DNA of 59,600 bases, the filler included, from Stramenopiles sp. TOSAG23-2 (Eukaryota): NCBI GenBank assembly GCA_900128395.1. It is 3 parts of 3 records of this genome, joined end to end, with 100 filler letters (N's around TTAATTAATTAA, not from the genome) between each part and the next. Parts side by side here need not be neighbours in the genome. Positions count along the whole stretch, not along the records: positions 39,852 to 59,600 come from LT649575.1; 2 more parts are not named here. One strand, given 5' to 3'. Below, piece after piece: positions 41,834-53,438 of the stretch. Under the pieces are notes generated by a model that was given only the letters and a program-made list of their open reading frames with translations, had not been told where the DNA came from and did not search any database. The stretch's first letter is position 1. Each line of letters begins with the position of its first letter. A program made the position numbers and the translations under genes.

Positions 41834-44800
41834 ATGCGAACAAAAGTATTATGGTCGGATTCAATGCCAATGAGGCATGAAAAATTACCACCAGTATGGT
41901 CCATAGCATTCAAACCAAACGGTTCACAAATGATTGTTGGTGTTGGGAACCGTGTATTAGTATATGATGCATTGGATGGTGATTTGCAACATTCATTGAA
42001 AGGGCATAAAGATACTGTATATGCCGTAACATATTCTGCTGATGGTAAACGGTTTGCATCTGGTGATGCAGCTGGTACTATTATCATCTGGACATCAAAA
42101 GCAGAAGGTATATTAAAATATACACATAAATGTGGAATACAACATTTAGCATATAATCCAGTAACACATTCATTAGCATCTTGTACTGAAAATAATTTTG
42201 GTATATGGTCACCAGAACAAAAAAACGTGAAGAAATTTGGCGTGAAATCACGTATATGTTGTTGTGCATGGACGAATGATGGTCAATATTTAACATTAGG
42301 TCAATTTAATGGGACTATTACTTTGCATAACAAAGATGGCGAAGAAAAAATTAGTATTGTACGTAATAATAAATATATATATTATTCCCCTCTCCCCCCC
42401 CCATGTTCTTAAAATAAATTTCATTCAAACAATTCTCTAACATATGGATACACCACAACCTCCTCATATACATGCATACCAACACAACCACAGGAACGAC
42501 CATCTGGCTCACCAATTTGGTGTTTACAATGGAAACCACCCAAAGATGATCAACCATACGATGTATTAGCAGTTGGTTGTTGGGATCAAACATTATCCTT
42601 TTATCAAATATCTGGTGCACAAATTAAAAAAGATCGTAAACTTGGTTTTGATCCATGTTGTTTACAATATTGTGGCGATGGTGAATATTTAATCATTGGT
42701 GGTAGTGATCATAAAGCATCATTATGGACAAAAGAAGGTATACGTTTAAAAACGTTAAGTGAGCAAAAAGATTGGGTTTGGTCCATAGCAGCTCGACCAA
42801 AACATGATGATATTGCAATTGGTACAAATGATGGACAAATCGAATTGGTACAAATGTTATTTAACACGGTACATGGTTTGTATAAAGAACGATATGCATA
42901 TCGTGATTACATGACCGATGTCATCATACAACATTTAATAAGTGATAAAAAAGTACGTATTAAATGCCATGATTACGTGAAAAAAATTGCTGTTTACAAA
43001 GATCGTTTAGCAGTACAATTACCAGATCGTATTATCTTATATGAAGTGATGAAAGATGGTAGTGAAGGTAAAAGTGGTAAAGTAAAATCTTCCTCTGCAA
43101 ATATGCATTACAGAGTCAAAGAACGTATTAATAAACGTTTAGATTGCAATTTATTAGTCATGACCAGCCAACATGTGATTTTATGCCATGAGAAAAAATT
43201 ACAATTGTTTACTTTTTCTGGGCAAAAAAAACGTGAATGGGTATTGGAATCGGTTATACGATATATCAAAGTCATTGGTGGTGCACCTGGACGGGAAGGT
43301 GTTTTAATTGGTTTGAAAAATGGTTCCGTATATGAAGTATTTGTTAACAATCCATTTCCAATATTATTAATTAGTAATATACAAGGTAGTGTACGCTGTT
43401 TAGACCTATCGATGACGAAACGTAAATTAGCAGTAGTGGATGATAAAAATACATGCTTAGTGTATGATTTAAAAACAAAAGAATTGTTATTTAAAGAAAA
43501 CAATGCAAATAGTGTAGCATTTAATACGGAAATGGAAGACATGTTGTGTTTTTCCGGACCAAATAATATGCTTAGTATTAAAACCGGGACATATCCAGTA
43601 CATCGACAAAAGATGCAAGGTTTCGTTGTTGGGTTTTCTGGCAGTAAAATATTCTGTTTAAATATTGTTGCAATGCAAAAATGGAAGACATGTTGTGTTT
43701 TTCCGGACCAAATAATATGCTTAGTATTAAAACCGGGACATATCCAGTACATCGACAAAAAATGCAAGGTTTCGTTGTTGGATTTTCTGGCAGTAAAATA
43801 TTTTGTTTAAATATTGTTGCAATGCAAACGATTGATGTACCACAAAGTGCATCATTATATCGTTACTTGGAAGATCGTAAATACGATGATGCATATGGTG
43901 TAGCATGTCTAGGTGTCACGGAAAACGATTGGCGTTTACTTGGTACGGAAGCATTGGAGAAAATGCAATTAAAAATTGCACGTAAAGCATTTGTACGAGT
44001 TAAAGATATGCGTTACATTGAATTATTAAATCACATCGAGCAATCTAGAAAAGGTGCAATACGTGATGGTAATAAAGATGACAATGTATTTTTAGGTCGT
44101 ATTTTAGCCTATCAAGGTCGTTACGCAGAAGCAGCAAAAGTATTTGAACGTGTAAATGTTGATCATGCTATTGAAATGTATACGGATTTACGTGATTGGG
44201 AACAAGCTAAGAAATATGCACAAAAATCACGCTCAGTGGATGTCAATGATTTAGTACGTCAACAGGCGGAATGGAGTCGTGATACGGCAGATTGGAGAAG
44301 TGCAGCTACGATGTTTGCCGATAGTGGTGATTATGAACGTGCCGTACAATTATTGATGGAACATGGTGGTATGGAACAATTGATTATTTTATCAAGAAAA
44401 TTACCAAAAGAAGATGCAAATTTAAAAACAATTGCAAATTATTTCATGACAAATAAACATCATAAATTTGCAAAGGAAGTCTACATTAAAATGGGTGCCG
44501 TGGAGGCATTGATGAAATTGTTAATGGCAAATTCAGATTGGGAAGAAGCAATGGATTTAGCATCCAAATATCCTGGACAGTTTGATGATAGTGTATTTGA
44601 ACCATATGCACAATATTTAGCCGGTGAAGATCGTTTCGAGGAAGCACAAGCGGCATATAGACGTGCTGGGAAACCATTAATGGCTATTAAATTAGTTGCA
44701 TCATTAGCACAAAATGCATGTATTGAAGGGCGCTTTATAGATGCTGCACGTCATTATTTTGAACTTGCAGAGGAACATTTAGATGTTGTTGCAAAGTTAA

Positions 44801-45896
44801 GGCGACGTGGGACGCAAGGAACACCTGGTACAGGAACCGAGCGTGTGCATTTACGTAAAGCTAAAACTGCAGATGAACTTGCATCATTGTACCATGGTTA
44901 TAATTTCATATGGCAATATACGGAAGAACCATTTACAACATTGGATACAGAGACTGTCATTTACGTAAAGCTAAAACTGCAGATGAACTTGCATCATTGT
45001 ACCATGGTTATAATTTCATATGGCAATATACGGAAGAACCATTTACAACATTGGATACAGAGACTGTTTTTAACGTATCGCGATATTTATTAAATATGTT
45101 GGGTGGTTTAGATCATGATCCAGAAGGTATTTCACGTGTACATATATTATATGCATTAGCACAAACGGCACAGCAATTGGAAGCATATAAAACGGCACGA
45201 TGGGCATATGATCGTTTAGGAACATATGCCGTCCCATCTTCATGGAGAGATTCCATCGATTTAGCAATTGTTTCCATACAAGCAAAACCATTTAAAGATA
45301 AGGAAGAATTAACACCTATATGTACCAGATGTTACACATCGAATCCATTAGTAAATACAAATGGTGATTGTTGCGTTCAATGTGGTCAACATTTCCATCG
45401 TTGTTTTTTAACATTTCATTCGTTACCATTAGTTGAATTTACCTTGCCACAAGGAATGTCCCATGAGGAAGGTATGAAATTATTAGAAATGGATGCACCA
45501 ATTGATGGTACTAGCAATACAAATGCAAATAGTATTATGAGGGAAAATGATGACATGGATAATAAAATTGATCAATGGCGTGCTAGTGTAGCAACTGGTA
45601 ACAAAGGTAGTAGCACAGGTAGGAAAGCAGTGGAAGATGAATTCACACAACGTTGTTTACGGTTCGATAGTAAACATTATAGCCCAGTAATAGTAGATGA
45701 AAATATCTTAATGGCATTGTCACGAGAAGATGTTTTTGTAATGGAGGATGATTTAGGCATCCGATATTTTAGAAATATGGTCGGTGATGGTGTAGATATC
45801 GTGTTGCATAAACGACGGTTCTTTGGTGGTAATGATTATGAATTTGCACAATTAAAAGGGGAAAACGGACCATTTGTAGAGAAGGTCGAAGAGTAA
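41834..45896 (+). CDS. IFT122: Intraflagellar transport protein 122 (IFT-A); exon 1 41834-42358, intron 42359-42493, exon 2 from 42494, frame broken by two tandem duplications
   Basis: [77 protein letters not shown]-terminal CTRC..CVQC. The GTACGT...TCTAAC...CAG intron joins GEEKISI to ERPSGSPIW in frame. Removing one copy of the 149-bp and 110-bp duplications restores one ORF. Confidence 0.95.
43530..43828. repeat. 149-bp tandem duplication inside IFT122 (three synonymous differences between copies)
   Basis: ATGGAAGACATG at 43532 and 43681; copies differ at AAG/AAA, GGG/GGA and TTC/TTT. Confidence 0.93.
44848..45067. repeat. 110-bp tandem duplication inside IFT122
   Basis: CATTTACGTAAAGC... 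at 44848 and 44958. Confidence 0.93.
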
Positions 45897-46043
45897 AAAC
45901 AAAATGAAGGTTTTGTAAAATTCGCGTGGACGGTTCTTTGGTGGTAATGATTATGAATTTGCACAATTAAAAGGGGAAAACGGACCATTTGTAGAGAAGG
46001 TCGAAGAGTAAAAACAAAATGAAGGTTTTGTAAAATTCGCGTG
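45814..46043. repeat. 115-bp tandem duplication spanning the IFT122 stop codon
   Basis: GACGGTTCTTTGGTGG... at 45814 and 45929. Confidence 0.92.
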
Positions 46044-46270
46044 ATCTGAGGAGATGAGAGAAGAGAATTGTGGTTAGTTTTTGCCAGTTTTTGCCGGTCT
46101 GACCCTTTTGAGCGGGGAGTGTCGAGAGCAGCGAGAGTAACTTTTTTCTATAAAAAAATTTTACTCTAAAAATTAATTTTATATATGATATCAAATATTT
46201 TAAATAATTTGTATAAAATTAAATATAACTTTAATTTTAAAATTGACTCCAACCACCTTCCTCTTCTCGC

Positions 46271-46274
<4 letters not shown>

Positions 46275-46316
<42 letters not shown>

Positions 46317-46546
46317 CGTTCATGTTTTCAAGTACTTCCTATTCCTTACTCTGATTTCTCACTTAATTTTGCTTTCGTATTTTTCCAATAGAAAATAATT
46401 TGCATCAATATGACTACTCTCTCTCTCTCTCTCTCTCTCTCTCCTCCGTTCATGTTTTCAAGTACTTCCTATTCCTTACTCTGATTTCTCACTTAATTTT
46501 GCTTTCGTATTTTTCCAATAGAAAATAATTTGCATCAATATGACTA
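46275..46546. repeat. (CT)n microsatellite plus ~130-bp tandem duplication covering the MPDU1 3' end
   Basis: CTCCTCCGTTCATG at 46311 and 46441, each preceded by a CT run of different length. Confidence 0.9.
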
Positions 46547-47300
46547 CATTTAATGTAACACCAACCACAGTTGATCCAATGATATATGGTCGAGAGCTTT
46601 CCGATATACCTTTCTCTTGTAAATTTGTAAATAATCGTCCTAAACTTCCAGCAACTTGTAGAAACCATGTTACGACGGATAATCTACCAGTTTGTTTTGC
46701 GTTAAAATTTGCAGCAATTTGTGGAATACGTGATAAGATATTAAAGACACTACTAAAGATTGGTAATATCCACCAATACATTGGGTCTAAACCATAAAAT
46801 AATCCAAATGCACTTCCAAATATTAATGAGATAATGCTAAACATAAATGTTACACTTGGTTTTTCCGTAGATGGTAAATAAAACCAAAATAACATCACTA
46901 TTAATATATTTTGAACTAATACAACTAATTGTTCTCCATAGGTGACGAAATCATTTCCGTTCAGTATATTAAACACTGTGATAGGCAAGAAAGATGCTAC
47001 ATCCATATATAAACTTGCACCACTTAAACCTTTTACGTCTTGAGCTACAATAATATTCAAAACTTGTGGAATTTTGAAAATAAATGCACCAGCTATTATT
47101 CCAAGATTAATGACTTTTGATATTGTTTGTCGAAGGCAATCAATATCAAAGAAATTGAAATTCTGAAAATATTCTTCAAAACATGTTTCAGTAAATATAA
47201 AAAATCTTAAATCCGTTGGTAATTTTTTTGCTGCATATACATTTACAATCGTTGTAAATACAATAGCAAGAATAAGAAATATATATATTTTTTGTAACAT
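46476..47300 (-). CDS. MPDU1: PQ-loop protein, mannose-P-dolichol utilization defect 1 (Lec35) homolog
   Basis: CF...F...DCL..ISKVINLGIIAGAFIFKIPQV, GLS, YGE, SRIPQIAANF..KQTGRLS, GSLGRLFT.LQE. Confidence 0.9.
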   Translation of the reverse strand: MLQKIYIFLILAIVFTTIVNVYAAKKLPTDLRFFIFTETCFEEYFQNFNFFDIDCLRQTISKVINLGIIAGAFIFKIPQVLNIIVAQDVKGLSGASLYMDVASFLPITVFNILNGNDFVTYGEQLVVLVQNILIVMLFWFYLPSTEKPSVTFMFSIISLIFGSAFGLFYGLDPMYWWILPIFSSVFNILSRIPQIAANFNAKQTGRLSVVTWFLQVAGSLGRLFTNLQEKGISESSRPYIIGSTVVGVTLNVVILMQIIFYWKNTKAKLSEKSE

Positions 47301-47322
47301 TTTTGAAATTTGTTTTTTTAAT

Positions 47323-47578
47323 TTTTTGAATATTTTAGGGGGATGTACTAATTTTATAAATTTCTTTAATTTGTTGATATTTTAATTTTTATATTGTGTT
47401 GTATAATTATAATATAATGAATACAAATTCTCCCAATAATTTTTAATATCTTTTTGAATATTTTAGGGGGATGTACTAATTTTATAAATTTCTTTAATTT
47501 GTTGATATTTTAATTTTTATATTGTGTTGTATAATTATAATATAATGAATACAAATTCTCCCAATAATTTTTAATATC
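47323..47578. repeat. 128-bp tandem duplication
   Basis: TATTTTAGGGGGATGTAC at 47331 and 47459. Confidence 0.9.
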
Positions 47579-48605
47579 TATTATATTATTTATTCATACG
47601 ATGATTTGCAATGATTATGGATTGTTATTTTATTTTGTTTTTCTTTTTTTTTGTATATTTTGAATTTTTGTATTATTTGTCTATGTTTGTTGGTGGGGAT
47701 GATTTTTGGATTTTTTGGATTTGTGAAATTGAAGGTTTGCGTAGAGTAAGAAGTACAAAAGAAGGGAAAATCCTGTAGTTGCGTCTTTCTTGCGTTTCTT
47801 TTTCCAGGAGGAGAGAATTCTCTCTGCTTTTTCTTGCCAGCGGGCCAGGGGGTGCCGACGATTTCTCATGCTATCCACTGGCTATCTGGCTATATTAAAA
47901 TATTATACCACTATTTATTCATAATGTAAACAAAATTAAAATACAGTTCCAGCGTTCCAGCTTCCAGCATAATATGGCGTAAATACAAGTTAATAAGATG
48001 AATCCTTAAAACGTAATTGTGTTGAATATTTAAGACTTCATGGCGCAAAATTTACCTATCAAAGGATATTATTATATACATATTAATATAGCAAAGAAAA
48101 AAGCAAAAATTTGATGCCAACTCCCTTCTTTTCTCTTTTAGTTTTTATCTTTTCTTGCTTTCCGGGCTTTCTTGCTTTCTTGGCTTTCTTCTTTCTATTT
48201 TTAAAAAAGGTAATTTCCGAAGTAATATTTAAGGACTTGAATATTATCAATATTAAAATTAAATATAAAAATAAATTTACTCCTACTCCGTTGAAAAATC
48301 TTAAACTTATGCGCAGCAGAGCGCAGATACCATTTTCGCATATAATACCATTATACATTATACACTCTTACACTACTCTGGATCCAGAGATTTTCCTTGA
48401 TGCCACAATGCCACAATAATTATAATACCACCCTGGAAAATATGCCATTACCTAGGTATACTATAGCTCTGTACTGGATTATTACACGATTACACTGGCT
48501 GTAGCAGGCGAAGATGAGGGGATCGAGTAACACAACAGTATAATTATTTAACAACAATAACAACAACAACAACAACAAACAACAACAACAAACAACAACA
48601 AAACT

Positions 48606-48843
48606 ATAAAAAAAAATATTAATAACAATTTATCAATAGCAATACACATACACACACACACATACTACACCATCAAAACACTCCCTCCCATTTCATCTCA
48701 CATACTCTCATCCCAAAAAGAAAAATAAAAAAAAATATTAATAACAATTTATCAATAGCAATACACATACACACACACACATACTACACCATCAAAACAC
48801 TCCCTCCCATTTCATCTCACATACTCTCATCCCAAAAAGAAAA
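48606..48843. repeat. ~119-bp tandem duplication upstream of the PDZ-protein gene
   Basis: AATAACAATTTATCAATAGC at 48621 and 48740. Confidence 0.9.
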
Positions 48844-48864
48844 AACTACAACACCTGTAAAACA

Positions 48865-51633
48865 ATGAATCCTATATTAGATCACCAAGAAACACGTGGT
48901 TCACTAATACGTGTGAAATTTGATGCTGGTCCACTTGGTCTTGCATTAGTAAAAGTAACTATTAATAATACAGATTACTGTGCGGTAAACTCGTTAAAAG
49001 GACAAGCATTAACTGCAAATAAATTAGTTGCTGGGGATATATTAGTAGGTCTAAATGGCGATGCGCTTGTTGGCTTTTTCACGCATTCCAAATCAAATCA
49101 ATTAATTGATTATATGAAAGTATTAGCAGAAGCAACACATCGTTCAATCTGTTTTTTTCGACTAGATAAAGATGGTACCTTTATCCTTCCAACCAAAAAT
49201 ACAAATAAATATGGGGAATTATTGATAGTAGAGAAATATCAACCGATAATAAAATCTACTTCAAGCAATCCTCCATCACCATTACAAATTTTAAATTCGC
49301 CACAATTTGTCAATCTATCTCAATTGTCTAGTCTAAGTGTAGAGGAATTATCAAAATTAGATTCATCTCTTGGCTCGATAATAGAATCACCGTTAAAAGG
49401 TGATGGTGGTCATAATACAAATAAATATGCAACTAGTTCACGTCCAGGGACAACAGGTTCTGCACAATCCTATTTACCACCATTAGAATTTACAAAAGAA
49501 GAGGCATCGCAAGGCCAACGTGGTGGACAGTTTAAATTGCCAGAAGGACAAGGAATAGTTGGTAGATTTATAAAACAAATAAGAGCAACACCTCATTTTG
49601 TACAGGTTAAAAAAGATAAAGGTTTTGATGGTGAAATTCATTTTACTATAACAGATGAAAATGGTAAAGATTTTGATATAAGTGGCACGGAAAATTATTT
49701 ATACGATTATGTATCCAATCAAGTAAAACGTGATATAAAACGTGGTAAATGTACCGTCAGACAGTGTGGAAGTCATTTAGCTAATCTAGCAAATTTAGCA
49801 TCAAAACCATTTGATCGTAGACATCGTATGCCAGTAATACGTTCAATGAGAAAAGTAAAACCAAAACATAAAAAAAAACATTCCTATAATGTAGTATCAA
49901 TTGCACGTGGGCAACATCCAAAAATTATTGCAGATAATAAAGCAATCATACAACAACATGATGATCATAAAGAGGAAATGGAAGCATTAGCGAAACGATT
50001 AGAAGCAGAATATGAAAGTAACAGTGATGTCAGTTGCGAACATGATCATAAAATACATTTACATGAAGAAGATGAAATGGCGTTTGAACATGAAATAGAA
50101 GTACAACGTCAACATGAATTAAAATTACAACAAAACGAAAGTATAAGAAAGGAAGAAGAAGAAGAAAACGTAGAACAAGAACAATATGATGGTGATACGG
50201 AGCATGGTAATGGTCAAATCTATGAAGATGACAATCAATTTAATGCAATTGTTATTAATCAAGATAGTAATAATTATAATAGCATCAACGGTGATGAAAT
50301 GAAATATTCTGATCTTGAAGGAAAACGTGATGGAATTTTAAAAAATCAAAAAAGTCCTATTATAAATAATAATAATAATAATATGGGAGTAAACAATACA
50401 AATAATATGAGGATGCCAAAATCAATTCTAGTTGATTCAGCCGTCAATACATCAAGACCAAATAGTCGTCAAAGCCGGAAAAATAGTCCAATTATGGTTG
50501 ATACGGCAGTTGGCACATCACGCCCGTCTAGTAGAATAAATGCAAGGAAATCGCCAAAAACGATGAACAATTCACCGATGGTAGAAATTAGCACAATGAC
50601 ATCATCATCAAGTCGACCAAATTCTTCCTCTTCTTCCTTACGCCCAGGATCAAGACAATCCGGTAGAAACAACAATAATAGTAGACCAAATACACCTAAC
50701 GTCGTTCGTTTTAAAGAGACGGTTGAAATTAATATTGGGAAACCACCTGTATATGGGAAAAATATGGGAGATGAATATTATAATAAAATAGGCCCATCAC
50801 CACCTAAAGCATCAAAGCGTGCATTGAAAAGAGGTGGTCATCGCAGACCTCGTACATCGGATGATAATTACATGAGATCAGCTAATACTGGTAGTAATAA
50901 TTATGTACAAAATCAAATGAATAATAACAATAATATGTTTCCAGGGATTATGAATAATAATAATAATAATAATACGAATAATAATAGCAATCCTGAACCA
51001 TTTATGTTGCCAGGTCATCAAACTGTTGCCCAGCAACAACAACAAGTAGAAATGCGACAGGAAGAAGAAGATGCACGATATGTAAATGAACAATATGAAA
51101 AATTTCAAGAAGATGCAGATGATGAAACAGATGGAAAATTTGGAGATAGTTTTGATAATCGTTTGTTGACGGCGACTCCAACTATGAGATTATCGGAAAC
51201 AGAATTGGCACGTTTAAAAAAAATTGAAGAGATACGTACCCAACAAAATGTTACCTTGGTGCAAATTATCGAAATTGAACGTCGTTTAGAGGAACAACGG
51301 ATTACGATGCTAACAAATGCTTTACCAAATGATCGAAAACGATTAAAAAATGTATTTGCAAAAGAACGTCGTCAAGCAGGGGAAAATATTAGATTATTAG
51401 TACAAAAACATCAAAAAGAACTAAAACAAGCTATGATTGCAATGGGTGTTGCATTTTTATCAAATTCAATACATGATCCAGATGGTAACATGATGAATAG
51501 GGAAAAACCACCATCACTTGGTAATGGCAGTAATGGTAGTAAGAAAAAGAAAAAACGACGAAAGAAAGATAGACAAAGTAAAAAGTTAAAGAAAGAAATT
51601 GGTGGTGCATTGAAAACGTTGCAACAAGGGTGA
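48865..51633 (+). CDS. Protein with an N-terminal PDZ-like domain, long disordered Asn/Ser-rich middle and C-terminal coiled coil
   Basis: RVKFDAGPLGLAL...GQA...LVAGDILVGLNG (PDZ-like). SRPNS/SRPSS repeats. E/K/R-rich heptads and a basic tail. Confidence 0.75.
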   Translation: MNPILDHQETRGSLIRVKFDAGPLGLALVKVTINNTDYCAVNSLKGQALTANKLVAGDILVGLNGDALVGFFTHSKSNQLIDYMKVLAEATHRSICFFRLDKDGTFILPTKNTNKYGELLIVEKYQPIIKSTSSNPPSPLQILNSPQFVNLSQLSSLSVEELSKLDSSLGSIIESPLKGDGGHNTNKYATSSRPGTTGSAQSYLPPLEFTKEEASQGQRGGQFKLPEGQGIVGRFIKQIRATPHFVQVKKDKGFDGEIHFTITDENGKDFDISGTENYLYDYVSNQVKRDIKRGKCTVRQCGSHLANLANLASKPFDRRHRMPVIRSMRKVKPKHKKKHSYNVVSIARGQHPKIIADNKAIIQQHDDHKEEMEALAKRLEAEYESNSDVSCEHDHKIHLHEEDEMAFEHEIEVQRQHELKLQQNESIRKEEEEENVEQEQYDGDTEHGNGQIYEDDNQFNAIVINQDSNNYNSINGDEMKYSDLEGKRDGILKNQKSPIINNNNNNMGVNNTNNMRMPKSILVDSAVNTSRPNSRQSRKNSPIMVDTAVGTSRPSSRINARKSPKTMNNSPMVEISTMTSSSSRPNSSSSSLRPGSRQSGRNNNNSRPNTPNVVRFKETVEINIGKPPVYGKNMGDEYYNKIGPSPPKASKRALKRGGHRRPRTSDDNYMRSANTGSNNYVQNQMNNNNNMFPGIMNNNNNNNTNNNSNPEPFMLPGHQTVAQQQQQVEMRQEEEDARYVNEQYEKFQEDADDETDGKFGDSFDNRLLTATPTMRLSETELARLKKIEEIRTQQNVTLVQIIEIERRLEEQRITMLTNALPNDRKRLKNVFAKERRQAGENIRLLVQKHQKELKQAMIAMGVAFLSNSIHDPDGNMMNREKPPSLGNGSNGSKKKKKRRKKDRQSKKLKKEIGGALKTLQQG

Positions 51634-51886
51634 GATATGTGAGAAGTATCAGACATGATATTTTAAAAATAAAAAAGAAAAAAAATCTCTCAAAAATAAT
51701 TTTTTTAAAAAATTTTTTTACAAATCCCTCTGTGGTACTTTTTACTAGATCTTTTAAAAATCACTATACACTCTCCATTAGCGTTATCGTGTTGTTTCTT
51801 TTTTCTTGATATTTTTCTTTTTACTAAAATCATCCGTAATATTTACCACACTTCTTTGCACCTTTTCTTTTTTTTTTTTAAATTTA

Positions 51887-52652
51887 TTAAACCGCCACAC
51901 GGACCATTTCACTAATAAATTCTTTTGCTTGAATAATATTATTTGATAATAATAATACAACTTCTTGCAATTCTGGTGGATGATATGGATCTTCTAACAT
52001 TTTTAATGGCTCTAAAGATAAACGTTGTAATTTTCTAGCTTCCATTGTTATATGTTTTAAATATTTCACTTCTCCATGAATTGTTTTTAATCTTACATTA
52101 ATTTGTTGGGACATATTTGGCAAACCATTTGCCTTCATAGGACAAATTATTTCAATAAAAGATTTATATTCGTTTGCAAGCTCGCTAACTACCAATATAT
52201 TACATTCAGCACGTTGTTGCTGTAGTGATGGTGGGAACTTTTCAAACTCTTTTTCTTTTTTTTGTTCGTTTAATAAATAATCTCCATTTAATTGTGAATT
52301 TGGTTTATTGCATTTTCTGTTTAAGAATTGGCTATATTAAAATGAAATGTTAGAGGTGGAGTGAGCAAAAAAATATAGATATAGATATATATATATATAC
52401 ATTTTCGTATTTTTATTATACTTACACTTTTTTATACAATTTAACAATTCTATCATTTGCTGTTTCATCTTTACCAAGTGGTTGCTGAGTTGCTTCTGGT
52501 TTCTTAATTATATTATTATTATCGGTAGGTATCCTTGTTGAATCGCATTGCATTATTAATACAACGAATATTGTTACTATTATTGTCAAAAGTAGGAATT
52601 CTTGCTTCTTTTTTCTCTTATTATTTTTTAGAAGAAAAATCATCAACATCAT
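51887..52652 (-). CDS. Two-exon gene (52652-52426, 52331-51887), ~223-aa secreted or signal-anchored protein of unknown function
   Basis: Phase-2 intron 52425-52332 has GTAAGT, TCTAAC and ATAG, and joins ORFs 52422-52652 and 51887-52195 in frame. N-terminal hydrophobic stretch FLLLTIIVTIFVVLIM. Confidence 0.75.
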
Positions 52653-52810
52653 TATCTTTTAAAAAAAAAAATTTTATGCTATTTTTTTATTATTTTTAAT
52701 ACAACGAATATTGTTACTATTATTGTCAAAAGTAGGAATTCTTGCTTCTTCTTTTTCTTATTATTATTTGGAAAAATCATCAACATCATTATCTTTTTAA
52801 AAAAAAATTT
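52557..52810. repeat. ~140-bp diverged tandem duplication covering the start of the 52652 gene
   Basis: ACAACGAATATTGTTAC at 52561 and 52701; copies differ by substitutions and a small indel. Confidence 0.88.
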
Positions 52811-53438
52811 TATATATTTTATATATTTTATATATTTTTTTATGTCACAAATGTGCAATAAGAATGAATAGGTTTGTTTTATCTATTCACATAAGATATA
52901 TATATATATACATATATAATAAGAAGGAATTTGTTGGAATTTGAGATAATGATGAGTTTGTATTTATTTGTATTTATTAGTATATAATATAATATAGAAA
53001 GAAACTCCTATCAAATAGGGGTGCGTTTGGCTTCTTCGCTTTTTGCTTTTTTTTAGCTTCTGCATTTTTGCTCTTTTTATGCCAGTATGCTGTATTGATT
53101 ACTTGATTACCATTAAATAAATAGCTTAGTGCTATTAGGATGCTATTGAATCATTTGAATCGCCTTGCTGTGTTCATACTAAATTAAAACGAAGACAATC
53201 AAAACTACACAAAAAAAAAAAGGAGGGGGACAATCATTTTCTGTGCCCAAATTGAGTTAATAAAACAACATATTATAATCATACAAAAACAAAACTATAA
53301 TATACATACAAAACACGTTTATATATATATATTATACCTTCAAACATATATACACATAGCCTTATACATCATCTAGTAACATATAAATTGTTAGCGTTTT
53401 TTGAATAAAACAGATATAATATATCAAACAAACAAAAA

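Noticed and set aside
43530-45067. IFT122 pseudogene or programmed frameshifting
   Set aside because: Both frame breaks coincide exactly with read-length-scale tandem duplications. Removing one copy restores a conserved ORF with no other lesions.
32354-45896. Ciliary gene cluster (WDR90 next to IFT122)
   Set aside because: The genes are on different contigs separated by an artificial linker, so the adjacency is meaningless.
47681-48419. Short Lys/Phe-rich ORFs on both strands
   Set aside because: They have non-ATG starts and composition driven by A/T runs, with no homology evident.
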